This document shows positions 9,096 through 16,988 of a stretch of DNA of 34,694 nt, piece after piece. The DNA is taken from assembly GCA_031402635.1 (NCBI GenBank), contig JANNSM010000051.1:1-34694 (forward strand), read 5' to 3'. Under the pieces are notes generated by a model. The model did no database searches, was not told the origin of the DNA, and saw only the letters and a list, made by a program, of their open reading frames with translations. Position 1 is the first letter of the stretch, and the number at the start of each line of letters is the position of its first letter. Source of the DNA: Bacteroidota bacterium. GTDB lineage: Bacteria; Bacteroidota; Bacteroidia; Chitinophagales; BACL12. The position numbers and the translations under genes were made by a program.

Positions 9096-9791
9096 TTATT
9101 TCAACTTAAGAAGCCCTAAGTCTGCTTGTTCCAACGCCGCCAATCGTTGCATGTCTGCCATAGCGTCCTTGTTATTTTCAAAAAAACGGCATGGGGCCAC
9201 TTTGTGCGGAGAACTCTTCGCATAAATAAGCTGCGCTGCCAATGCCGTATTGTGAAACAACTCTAAGGCCCGTCCTCCCCTGCCTGCCAATGCCACTACC
9301 CAACCGGCACGGCAATGTGTGGTCCCGCAATAAGCACCTTCTTCGTTGGTTGATCCATCGCTGTGCCAGCTACTCATATTAAGCGCACCCTCTTGGCTTG
9401 CGGCTTCGAGCACCTTGATGTGGATTTTGTCAATCACGGGTATGTCTGATGATGGGGATATGCCATTGCACACATTAGTCATATCGGTGCAGTCGGTGCG
9501 GTCGGTGCAGCGGGAGCAGCGGGAGCAGTCGTAGCAGTCGGAGCAGTCGGAGCAGTAGGAGCAGCGGGAGCAGCGGGAGCAGCGGGAGCAGCGGGAGCAG
9601 TCGGTGCAGTCGGTGCAGTCGGTGCAGTCGGTGCAGTCGGTGCAGTCGGTGCAGTCGGTGCAGTCGGAGCAGTTAATACAATTGCGACAATCATCAAGAC
9701 TATCCATCGCCTTTTGCGCAGCATCAAGCGAACCAAAGTAGTCAATGTGGCAACGATTGCCCTTTAAATCTTCAACGAATTGTGGTTGCAT
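9096..9791 (-). CDS. Cys-rich CxD/CxR tripeptide-repeat protein with C-terminal CGTTHCRAGW domain
   Basis: 231 aa. 21 tandem C-[ST/Y]-[D/R/Y] units (one with R in place of C), then a LNMSSWH...CGTTHCRAGW domain. Confidence 0.8.
   Translation of the reverse strand: MQPQFVEDLKGNRCHIDYFGSLDAAQKAMDSLDDCRNCINCSDCTDCTDCTDCTDCTDCTDCTDCSRCSRCSRCSRCSYCSDCSDCYDCSRCSRCTDRTDCTDMTNVCNGISPSSDIPVIDKIHIKVLEAASQEGALNMSSWHSDGSTNEEGAYCGTTHCRAGWVVALAGRGGRALELFHNTALAAQLIYAKSSPHKVAPCRFFENNKDAMADMQRLAALEQADLGLLKLK
9483..9671. repeat. 9-bp tandem repeat, 21 units
   Basis: Plus-strand units GTCGGTGCA, GCGGGAGCA and GTCGGAGCA, in blocks of 7 and 4 identical copies. Confidence 0.95.
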
Positions 9792-9800
9792 TTTTTGTTT

Positions 9801-9917
9801 TTAGTACTCCTTGTTAAATAGTGTGATTTGCGATCCGTCACGTTGTTTTCGCGAGGACAGTTTCAGCTGCTTACGGATTTCGTGGCCGATAAAATGGATG
9901 CGATACGCTCTCTCCAC
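9801..9917 (-). CDS. Possible 38-aa basic protein (not in ORF track)
   Basis: GTG start 1 nt after the upstream stop. Translation VERAYRIHFIGHEIRKQLKLSSRKQRDGSQITLFNKEY* fills the gap between neighbours. Confidence 0.4.
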   Translation of the reverse strand: MERAYRIHFIGHEIRKQLKLSSRKQRDGSQITLFNKEY

Positions 9918-9918
9918 T

Positions 9919-10203
9919 TCAGGATTCAGCGCCTCGCGTTATATACTCAACCCGATCAATCTTATACTTCACCACGCTTCTTTCTTTTGGAAATGTGCGA
10001 CTGTTCATGACCACAACTCCGCCCTCAATCGGCTCGTCCCAAATTAATAACTGGCACCAGTAAGCGCGACCGGCGCCAGGACCCGTGTTCACAATTTCCA
10101 GTACTGCCCCGCTGCCCACCGGCGCTACAGTACAGTCCAGATACTGAAGTGATGGATCCCCGCTACGTAAGTGTATCCTGGTAAGGGTGGCTGATTTACT
10201 CAT
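9919..10203 (-). CDS. Hypothetical protein (94 aa)
   Basis: ATG start, co-directional and tightly packed. Confidence 0.55.
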   Translation of the reverse strand: MSKSATLTRIHLRSGDPSLQYLDCTVAPVGSGAVLEIVNTGPGAGRAYWCQLLIWDEPIEGGVVVMNSRTFPKERSVVKYKIDRVEYITRGAES

Positions 10204-10206
10204 GTT

Positions 10207-10281
10207 TTACAAGCTGATAAGGCAACACAGCAAGGCTGCCAAAATGGTAGAAAGAAAAAGTGCTACAAGCGCCACTCTCAT
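10207..10281 (-). CDS. 24-aa hydrophobic microprotein (not in ORF track)
   Basis: MRVALVALFLSTILAALLCCLISL*. ATGA overlap with the upstream stop. Confidence 0.5.
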   Translation of the reverse strand: MRVALVALFLSTILAALLCCLISL

Positions 10282-10607
10282 GGGTAACGAACATTGTCAT
10301 TTCCACAAGCAGGGAGTCTGCGGCAGTATTGCATCAGATAATCAGCGTTATAGTATAACCGGATTCGGTAGGGCCGTTCCTTCTCGGTGTAATCACTTGC
10401 ATACCGAGTGATAAAGTCCTTCACGGCCTTCCAAAAATCTACCTTGTTATCCGCCCACACAGGCCCGAAGTGTTGGCAAATCAGCTCCCACTCGCCAACA
10501 TTTAGGCCAAAAACAGTTGCTGTGCGGATCGCCGCATTCCTGGCATCTAAAACCGAAGGGTTTTCTAAAACCGGCGTTGCCGGCCTGCCCACAACATCGG
10601 TGCTCAT
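10278..10607 (-). CDS. Hypothetical protein (109 aa)
   Basis: ATGA coupling to the upstream gene. Confidence 0.6.
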   Translation of the reverse strand: MSTDVVGRPATPVLENPSVLDARNAAIRTATVFGLNVGEWELICQHFGPVWADNKVDFWKAVKDFITRYASDYTEKERPYRIRLYYNADYLMQYCRRLPACGNDNVRYP

Positions 10608-10894
10608 GCTTGTGCCTTGAATTGACTAAAGGCGATTTTGATATCACTCATGAAAGCACCGATGGGCATCGGATTACCCAAAAACTCTAGCCGTGGGGCT
10701 TGTGGAAACCTTACTCTGACCACCAACGGTTCAGCATCTGCATCTTTGATAATGGCTATCGTGTGGCTGGTAGTAATATGTTCTCCAACAATGGTGCGTT
10801 CATCGTGTTGCCAGAAAATGAAATTCTTCTCGAGTAGATACATCACCATTTTTTGCACCAGGTCATTTGGGTTGAGTTGATCTAGATTGCTCAT
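10604..10894 (-). CDS. Hypothetical protein
   Basis: Likely ATG start at 10894 (MSNLDQ), preceded by an A-rich leader. Confidence 0.6.
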   Translation of the reverse strand: MSNLDQLNPNDLVQKMVMYLLEKNFIFWQHDERTIVGEHITTSHTIAIIKDADAEPLVVRVRFPQAPRLEFLGNPMPIGAFMSDIKIAFSQFKAQA

Positions 10895-10954
10895 TTTATG
10901 CTGTTTAGTGTTCAATATTACTCATGTTTTGTGTAAATTGTTACAATACTGCAC

Positions 10955-10985
10955 AAAAAAAATCCCCGAAGTTGCCTTCGGGGAT
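10955..10985 (-). terminator. Terminator closing the morphogenesis operon
   Basis: Minus strand ATCCCCGAAG-GCAA-CTTCGGGGAT followed by a T-run, 20 nt after the last structural ORF. Confidence 0.85.
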
Positions 10986-11005
10986 CCACCATGAATTCAC
11001 AATAA

Positions 11006-11203
11006 CTACGTTCCCGAGCAACCGCATGGCTTTTTTTGCCATGGCCACCGCGAAGGTGACCGCTCGAGCTCGCGCAATCTCTTTTCGTGGCTAAGTGCAA
11101 GCCTGACTACCTCCTGAAGGGCGCGATCCTCCCGGCTTCGAGCCAAAAGCAGTAGAATAATGCCAAGGGAAATCAATACAGCTGGAGCAATGTAGCGGGT
11201 CAT
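11006..11203 (-). CDS. Small membrane protein (N-terminal TM plus coiled coil)
   Basis: YIAPAVLISLGIILLLLA TM, helical tail ending CGCSGT. Confidence 0.65.
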   Translation of the reverse strand: MTRYIAPAVLISLGIILLLLARSREDRALQEVVRLALSHEKRLRELERSPSRWPWQKKPCGCSGT

Positions 11204-11217
11204 GGTAGGGACTTTTT

Positions 11218-11475
11218 TTACCGTTTAATCAGAACGTAAGCACTCACAATTGCGGCAACAACAAAAATGACAACACCAGCAGTTATCCAAATAGACGACT
11301 GATCAATTTCCTGCTGTTGAGCAACCAGCGCTGTGCTCCACGGAGACATGTAGCCCTGGTGCGTGGGGTCTGATCTGCCCAGGCTAAGGCCGTCCAGAAA
11401 AGTGAAAACATCACCAACCGCATCGGCTATTGCGGAGACCGGATCTAAAGGCACAGCGTTGGCTCCCTCTACCAT
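11218..11475 (-). CDS. Tail-anchored membrane protein
   Basis: Acidic N-terminus, C-terminal TM followed by KR. Confidence 0.75.
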   Translation of the reverse strand: MVEGANAVPLDPVSAIADAVGDVFTFLDGLSLGRSDPTHQGYMSPWSTALVAQQQEIDQSSIWITAGVVIFVVAAIVSAYVLIKR

Positions 11476-11477
11476 GG

Positions 11478-11846
11478 TTACTTTTTTAGAAAGGCATAAG
11501 CCATCAGGCCCACAGCAATCAGCACTCCCAGACCCACTCCAAGGTAAAGCAGTGTGGAATCCTCGGAGGGCTCTAGTAGTGTGCTGTTGGACAGAATCAG
11601 CGCCTGGCTTTCCGGAAGGCCCATGATGCCGCCGCCGGAGTATGGATCCGCATCAATACCATAATAGCCGATTGTGATATCATCACCAACGTAGTTTTCC
11701 AAATAGTCGGTAGCGTCAGCTGGCGGATCATCGGTTAAGCATGCAGCACGGCAACCTTCAAAAAGTTCCGGAAAGGCAGACAGTCCCGATTCGCATCGTC
11801 GGATGCAATCGCATTTTGTTTTACCCCGTAAACACATGGCTGCCAT
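11478..11846 (-). CDS. Tail-anchored membrane protein with 6-Cys N-terminal domain
   Basis: Cys at positions 5, 12, 14, 18, 32 and 36. C-terminal TM followed by KK. Confidence 0.75.
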   Translation of the reverse strand: MAAMCLRGKTKCDCIRRCESGLSAFPELFEGCRAACLTDDPPADATDYLENYVGDDITIGYYGIDADPYSGGGIMGLPESQALILSNSTLLEPSEDSTLLYLGVGLGVLIAVGLMAYAFLKK

Positions 11847-11862
11847 GATTGAATTGGTGGTT

Positions 11863-12225
11863 TTATGCGGCCTGCCGGCGGCTCAAAAAGTGCTTATTGA
11901 GGTACACATACAGTTCAAAGCCAATGGCCATGGTGTCTTCAATCAGGATTTCAGTTTCTGATTTTGACAGCTGCAAGCGCTCCTGAATCTTGCTGATCAG
12001 CTCCAGCTTTTCCTGCTCATCCAGATCGCGGAATTCCGCCCAGGCGGTTTCCCATTCTTCTTTGGTTTTTGGAGCTTCCGCCTGAGCCGGTAAGAAGTTG
12101 AAAATGTCGTCCCAAGTAAACTTGGAATCCTTGAAGGTTTTGTCGAAGGCCATTCCAATGGCCACAAAAAAGAACAGGACGCGCGTGATCACGCCGGTGC
12201 CAAGCTTAGTTGTCTGAGGGGGCAT
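11863..12225 (-). CDS. Hypothetical protein with N-terminal hydrophobic segment (120 aa)
   Basis: Likely start MPPQTT at 12225, which avoids a long overlap with the upstream gene. Confidence 0.65.
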   Translation of the reverse strand: MPPQTTKLGTGVITRVLFFFVAIGMAFDKTFKDSKFTWDDIFNFLPAQAEAPKTKEEWETAWAEFRDLDEQEKLELISKIQERLQLSKSETEILIEDTMAIGFELYVYLNKHFLSRRQAA

Positions 12226-12244
12226 GTAAAAGGGGTTTAAGTGG

Positions 12245-12664
12245 TTAAGAAGTTCTAGCAGCTTGCTCATGACATCGAAGAGCCGCCATTTTTTGTTCCA
12301 GGCGTTCCATTTTTTGTGAAAGATTATCGCCAAGTTTTTCTACTGCCCTGAGGTGTGGCTCGCCCGATCGCGACATGGTCATTTCAAGGCGCTCGATAGC
12401 GTCCGTATTGGAAATGATCACCTTGCTGATCAACTCCTGCTGTTCCTGGTAGATCTGCCGGGTTCGTTCCGCTTCTCCGCTCGTTCGCTTGATCGCCCAC
12501 CAGCTAAAACCAATCATGGTAAAAAACATGACCACAAAGCCGGCCATGACGATGCCTGTTCCATCGTTTTGCTGTGCACTGGCCACCATGGCTGCAGCAG
12601 CATTTGCTGCAGAAGTTGTAATGGCCTCTACCACGGCCGGTGTTGCAGCAATCAAGCTATCCAT
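12245..12664 (-). CDS. Single-TM plus coiled-coil protein, possibly holin-like
   Basis: TM GIVMAGFVVMFFTMIGFSWWAI followed by a long heptad region. This layout is seen in BhlA-type holins. Confidence 0.55.
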   Translation of the reverse strand: MDSLIAATPAVVEAITTSAANAAAAMVASAQQNDGTGIVMAGFVVMFFTMIGFSWWAIKRTSGEAERTRQIYQEQQELISKVIISNTDAIERLEMTMSRSGEPHLRAVEKLGDNLSQKMERLEQKMAALRCHEQAARTS

Positions 12665-12927
12665 TACTTTCGGGCGATTACAAAAACCAAGACGACCAGA
12701 AGCAACACGACCAGGCCAATGCCAATGTAAACCCCAGTGAAGCTCTGCGCCGAAGCAGGGCCGGTGACGCCGGGCCCGTAACTCGATGTGGGTGCATAGC
12801 TGCCGGTAGCCGCGCCAAAAACACTCTCAAACGTATCAGTGCCAAGGTCCAGGAGCACACCCAGATCCGGAAGGGTAAACCCGTCATCGCCAAAAAATCC
12901 TCCGCTCGTAACCGTTGATTCTTCCAT
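12664..12927 (-). CDS. Tail-anchored membrane protein (87 aa)
   Basis: Start MEESTV at 12927 (TGATG overlap). G/S/T-rich acidic region, C-terminal TM followed by RK. Confidence 0.75.
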   Translation of the reverse strand: MEESTVTSGGFFGDDGFTLPDLGVLLDLGTDTFESVFGAATGSYAPTSSYGPGVTGPASAQSFTGVYIGIGLVVLLLVVLVFVIARK

Positions 12928-13142
12928 CAGGAAATTTTGTAAACTAGATAAATGAGAAGCAGCGCAATCAGGATGAAAAGCGCAAGTCGCCAAATCAGGT
13001 AAGGATCTTCATACTGTTCTACTTCACCCGTGTTTAAGTACAGCTCATCCCAAAGCGCCCACATCTCCGCCTGATCAGGCGTAGAGCTGTAGCTTGCGCT
13101 GTCATCTATTGGTACGGTGAAGTATGCAGGATTCAGGTCCAT
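12927..13142 (-). CDS. Tail-anchored membrane protein (71 aa)
   Basis: Acidic N-terminus, C-terminal TM, TGATG coupling. Confidence 0.75.
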   Translation of the reverse strand: MDLNPAYFTVPIDDSASYSSTPDQAEMWALWDELYLNTGEVEQYEDPYLIWRLALFILIALLLIYLVYKIS

Positions 13143-14458
13143 CAGTTGTTGACTTTTTTTGATGGCCAGCGCTTTGCTGTCAGCAGCTCAATGATCCCTG
13201 CAGATCCCGCAGGAATAGACCCCTTAAAACGGGCAACTTTATGAACCATATCCGCATCATAGTACCGGATATTGTTGCCTTTGAGGCTGACGGCAACCGC
13301 GTCTGAGCCTTTGTTGGCAAACAGAGCATAGCGTTTACCGGCAACCTCAAAAACCTCCAGGTACAATGATTCGGGCCTGTTCTTCAGGGTTGTGGAGACG
13401 TAACGGCCTTCCCGAAAAACTTTGCCGAAATCATCCCACAAGTCCGTGAGTACCGTGGTGGTCCACTCTCCCTTTCTTGCATTAAGACCGATAAGGTTAG
13501 CCGTGCCAACAGCAAAGCCCTGTTGATATGCCGCTCCACTGACCGTTTCGCCGCGCTCTGATCGCAGCCTGGCCATCACTAGTAGAAAAGCTGCACAACG
13601 TGGCAAGAGATCGGCCGTGAGCTCGTCCTGGTCTTTGTAGTTCCACTCCTGGAAGCAGATTTGGACTTCAGGGCCGTAAAGGACTTGGTAATCGTCCAGG
13701 AGCTCCCCATAGAAAGTGTACCAATCTGTGGGGTATTCCGGGAATAGCTTGTGCGTCGTTACGATGCGAGCCGGAAGCCTTCCGGCCAGCACAGAAGCTG
13801 ATACTGCGCTCGATACGTTTTGATGCTTCTGGATTAGCCTGCTGTCTTGGGTGTAGCGTTGTACCTCGGGCTTGCCTGACTGGATCCAGAATAACTCACG
13901 ATAAGCGGGATTGTCAGAATATACCCGCTCAGCCCACTGGACGTAATCATTCCCGTCTCGCCAGGTTTCTGGTATGTGATTTGGTGGTTCGTTGCCTATC
14001 GTTATGCGTCCGGTTCGAGCGGTAACCCATTCACCTACTTGGTCCGTCGGCAATTGTGGTGGCCACGTAAAATCGTGCCTTACGCTTTCGGGTAAGTTGG
14101 GGAAAACTTCTGCAAGCAGATATCGGATGTTGGTATCTGCGGTGCTGGTGATTTTGAAAGAATTACTACCTGCCGGATGGCGGATAAACGATTTCTCCAG
14201 GGTTAGCCACCTTTCCTTTTGATCGCTTTCGGGCAGCGCAAATCCTTGTCCATCGGTATTTCGTGGGTTTCGAATGCTCAGGCCAAACAGTGGACTCATG
14301 TTGCCCGCCGGACCCTTCGGGGATCCAACCGAAACCGTTACTTCGCCATTTCGCTGTTGAATTACAGATTCCTCAGAAGGCGAGGTTTTGTCTGCGGTTG
14401 GATTCCCGCAGGATACGGCCATGGTCACGGCCAAAAGGGAATGGAGTAAATTCTTCAT
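13142..14458 (-). CDS. Lipoprotein with clan GH-A-like glycoside hydrolase domain
   Basis: Lipobox AVS-C. IRHPAGS resembles the R.PGG motif, IGNEP is the acid/base motif and FQEWNY the nucleophile motif. Beta-rich C-terminal domain. Confidence 0.7.
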   Translation of the reverse strand: MKNLLHSLLAVTMAVSCGNPTADKTSPSEESVIQQRNGEVTVSVGSPKGPAGNMSPLFGLSIRNPRNTDGQGFALPESDQKERWLTLEKSFIRHPAGSNSFKITSTADTNIRYLLAEVFPNLPESVRHDFTWPPQLPTDQVGEWVTARTGRITIGNEPPNHIPETWRDGNDYVQWAERVYSDNPAYRELFWIQSGKPEVQRYTQDSRLIQKHQNVSSAVSASVLAGRLPARIVTTHKLFPEYPTDWYTFYGELLDDYQVLYGPEVQICFQEWNYKDQDELTADLLPRCAAFLLVMARLRSERGETVSGAAYQQGFAVGTANLIGLNARKGEWTTTVLTDLWDDFGKVFREGRYVSTTLKNRPESLYLEVFEVAGKRYALFANKGSDAVAVSLKGNNIRYYDADMVHKVARFKGSIPAGSAGIIELLTAKRWPSKKVNN

Positions 14459-14461
14459 AGT

Positions 14462-15547
14462 TTATTGTTTAATCATCAGGATGCCAGGTGCGTTGAGGGG
14501 GGCCGCGCCGGCGCCGGTGGTTTGGTAATATTTTCCGGCAGTAAGGCCACCAAGACCGGCTGCAACGTCATCAGCATATGCCGGTGGGGAATTGTTTATA
14601 AAAATGTCTTGAAGATCAGTCCAATGAACACTTGCCCCGTCGGAGGTTAAAACATCGCCAGGGCTTCCGGGGTTAAAACCAGGCCTTATTGTAATGCTAT
14701 CCGACTCAATCTTTAGAAGCTCGACTGAATAAATATTTACTAAGCTGTCAGAGAATATATCAACGATACCCCTGTTGTTTTTTCTTGCATCTATTTCAAC
14801 ATTATCTCGACTAAATATTTGAACCTGACTTTTGCCAACAGCATTGCTTAGTGGATTGGTAAAGCTGTTGAGGCTGTCAATCATGATGATCTTGTAGAAT
14901 GATGTTCCATTCTTTGACCTACTTATGTTTACTTTCCCAGAGTCCAATGAGATTGTTGCTACGTGACCTATGCTCGGATTGAAATAACTTGCCCCGGCAG
15001 CCTTAAAATCTTTTGCTATTACGTTACTGATAAACTCTCCAGTCAGTGGATTAAGGGCTATGCTTCCTGCGCCGGGCCCATTCAAATCATGGACGCCTGA
15101 TAATATCAGCCAACCGCCTTCATCAATGTATGAACCCGCAAGGTTGGCCCCTAATGGGCCAAAATCATCGGTCATGATAAGTGAGCCAGTGGTGTCATTC
15201 TGAAACACAAGCGAACTGTCAACAGTTACAACCCTATTGGCAACAGAGCCATTCTCGGTGTAGATGGTCGGGCCGCTCGATGGCGGCCAAGTAGTTCCAT
15301 TGATCGCCAGCGGAACAGAACCGCTCTCGATGCGGGCGCTGTCCTGGCATATGGAAAACTTAAGCGTATCAGACCCCAGGACGGCATAGAAGGCGGCACA
15401 GCCGTCCACCAGATCGGTATTCTCCATGAGCAGCCGTGCGGTTCCGGAAAAATCTCTCTTCCAGCTCACGCCGGGACCGGATTGAGCGACCGCCATTAAG
15501 CCACCAAATACGATAAGTATAGATACTATTATCTTTTTCATGCTCAT
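14462..15547 (-). CDS. Putative spike/receptor-binding protein with Sec signal peptide
   Basis: MKKIIVSILIVFGGLMAVA|Q. Beta-strand-rich G/S/D body, GDVLTSDG..V.W fibre-like motif, C-terminal YADDVAAGLGGLTAGKYY motif. Confidence 0.55.
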   Translation of the reverse strand: MSMKKIIVSILIVFGGLMAVAQSGPGVSWKRDFSGTARLLMENTDLVDGCAAFYAVLGSDTLKFSICQDSARIESGSVPLAINGTTWPPSSGPTIYTENGSVANRVVTVDSSLVFQNDTTGSLIMTDDFGPLGANLAGSYIDEGGWLILSGVHDLNGPGAGSIALNPLTGEFISNVIAKDFKAAGASYFNPSIGHVATISLDSGKVNISRSKNGTSFYKIIMIDSLNSFTNPLSNAVGKSQVQIFSRDNVEIDARKNNRGIVDIFSDSLVNIYSVELLKIESDSITIRPGFNPGSPGDVLTSDGASVHWTDLQDIFINNSPPAYADDVAAGLGGLTAGKYYQTTGAGAAPLNAPGILMIKQ

Positions 15548-15852
15548 TCAAATGTTTGTAGCGCCAACCATAAACCCGCTTCGTACTTCCAAACCGCTAA
15601 AATGCCAGAGCGATATCCAAACCCTGCATCGCCGTTCTCGTCTGTTCCCGCATCAAGGTTCCCCGGACCTTTGAACTTCAGAAAAAAGCCGTCTGGCACA
15701 CCGTCTGTAAGGCTGACCTTCGAACCTATTAATTCATTCAGCGTGTCCCGATGGTCGGCAGCTCGAATGCCGGCACCGGTACTCGGGTTGCCCGTTCCAG
15801 AAGGAAGATTTGTTGCGACCAGGTCATTCAGTTGTGCGTCTGTCAGTGCCAT
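15544..15852 (-). CDS. Putative spike adaptor/short fibre protein (102 aa)
   Basis: N-terminal L...NLP...I.AA..R..L pattern resembles phage fibre attachment domains. Translationally coupled on both sides. Confidence 0.45.
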   Translation of the reverse strand: MALTDAQLNDLVATNLPSGTGNPSTGAGIRAADHRDTLNELIGSKVSLTDGVPDGFFLKFKGPGNLDAGTDENGDAGFGYRSGILAVWKYEAGLWLALQTFE

Positions 15853-16340
15853 TAGGTTCCTTGGTCAGTGATAGAATAGTCTGATACGGAGTAATCCAGG
15901 ATGGAATAATCGAAAAGATTAAATGGCGTCAGCATATCCACCTTAAACAGAACAAACGTTCCGGTTACTACCAATCGGCCTGTGCCATTGCCAGCGATTG
16001 CCGATGATGCCTGCAGGTACACTGGCTGATTGATGTAGTCCTCGATTGGATCCGGATTATCTGGAGGGACTGCGGTTGTAAGTTCTAGGGAGCCGTTGAC
16101 AAGAGTTGCCGGATAAACCAAGGCCGCACTGCCCGATAAGCCATAGGTGACTTCCAGTGGCCCGGCAGTGGTGTATGCGATGTTGCCTGGAAGCAACCAG
16201 GCATCCAGCCGGATTAGGTGAGTATATCGCTCATCACCCGGTGAATTCAGCAGCATGACCGGTGTGGTGAATAGTGATCTAACCTGGGCTGCGCTCAGTT
16301 GAATCGTAAAGGATTGATATCGTGTAGTGCCCCGGATCAT
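15852..16340 (-). CDS. Small beta-rich structural protein, paralog B (vertex/penton or single jelly-roll candidate)
   Basis: Aligns end to end with 16337-16753 and has an extra DYS-repeat tail. Confidence 0.6.
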   Translation of the reverse strand: MIRGTTRYQSFTIQLSAAQVRSLFTTPVMLLNSPGDERYTHLIRLDAWLLPGNIAYTTAGPLEVTYGLSGSAALVYPATLVNGSLELTTAVPPDNPDPIEDYINQPVYLQASSAIAGNGTGRLVVTGTFVLFKVDMLTPFNLFDYSILDYSVSDYSITDQGT

Positions 16341-16753
16341 ACTTTAAACACGATGAAGCTTCCGTAAAGAGTAACCGTTCCGTTTCCCAAAGTAGGGGCG
16401 GCACCATCACTGGTCAACACCAGAGGCTGTGTGATGAAATTTGGCTCGTCAGCTGTTCCGTTCTGCTGCCCAAGGGCGAGCGCATCTACTGTGCCCTCCA
16501 GAAAGGATCCCGGCCAAAGAATCAGCCCGTTGGTGAAATCCGCACCGTAAACGAGCATCACGTCATTGGGGCTGACATAAGGTGTGTTACCCGCCATGAG
16601 GGCCATGTCCACGCGCAGCAAGTGGATATAGGAATCCGCTTCCGGCCGGGCAATCAACTGTACTGGCTCTGCATCCAGTGCCTGCAATTGAGCTGCCGAA
16701 ATGGTGGCTCGAAAGGTCATAAATTGGCCAGTAAAAGCGGTTTGTACTGCCAT
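16337..16753 (-). CDS. Small beta-rich structural protein, paralog A (vertex/penton or single jelly-roll candidate)
   Basis: SAAQL.AL...PV.LI..P...GNG...L motif, 138 aa. Confidence 0.6.
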   Translation of the reverse strand: MAVQTAFTGQFMTFRATISAAQLQALDAEPVQLIARPEADSYIHLLRVDMALMAGNTPYVSPNDVMLVYGADFTNGLILWPGSFLEGTVDALALGQQNGTADEPNFITQPLVLTSDGAAPTLGNGTVTLYGSFIVFKV

Positions 16754-16756
16754 TGT

Positions 16757-16912
16757 CTAGAAGGCTTTGGAAACAGCAAATCCGAGCACCATGGCCAGGA
16801 AAATTCCGACGAACAGTGCTGCTCCCAGTCCAATCAGCGTGCTTGTTGGAATAGTAGCCTCAAAGCGAATCGGTGCGTCTCCACTTAAGATGCTCGTGAA
16901 TTCGTCTTCCAT
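16757..16912 (-). CDS. 51-aa tail-anchored membrane protein (not in ORF track)
   Basis: MEDEFTSILSGDAPIRFEATIPTSTLIGLGAALFVGIFLAMVLGFAVSKAF*. Ends 3 nt before the next ATG. Confidence 0.75.
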   Translation of the reverse strand: MEDEFTSILSGDAPIRFEATIPTSTLIGLGAALFVGIFLAMVLGFAVSKAF

Positions 16913-16988
16913 TTGAAAGCGAGATAACCGGTTAGTGCCACCAACAACGCCACAGCGATCACTGCGCCAATGCTGAGGGCATAATCAA

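Noticed and set aside
9483-9671. Tandem repeat as a CRISPR array, and the alternative-frame PTA/PAA ORF 9479-9745
   Set aside because: Contiguous 9-bp units with no spacers and no cas genes. The Cys frame is embedded in a longer ORF with a recognisable C-domain, so the P/T/A frame is a shadow.
14462-16753. Diversity-generating retroelement acting on spike genes
   Set aside because: No reverse transcriptase and no near-identical template/variable repeat pair seen. The paralogs are diverged throughout.
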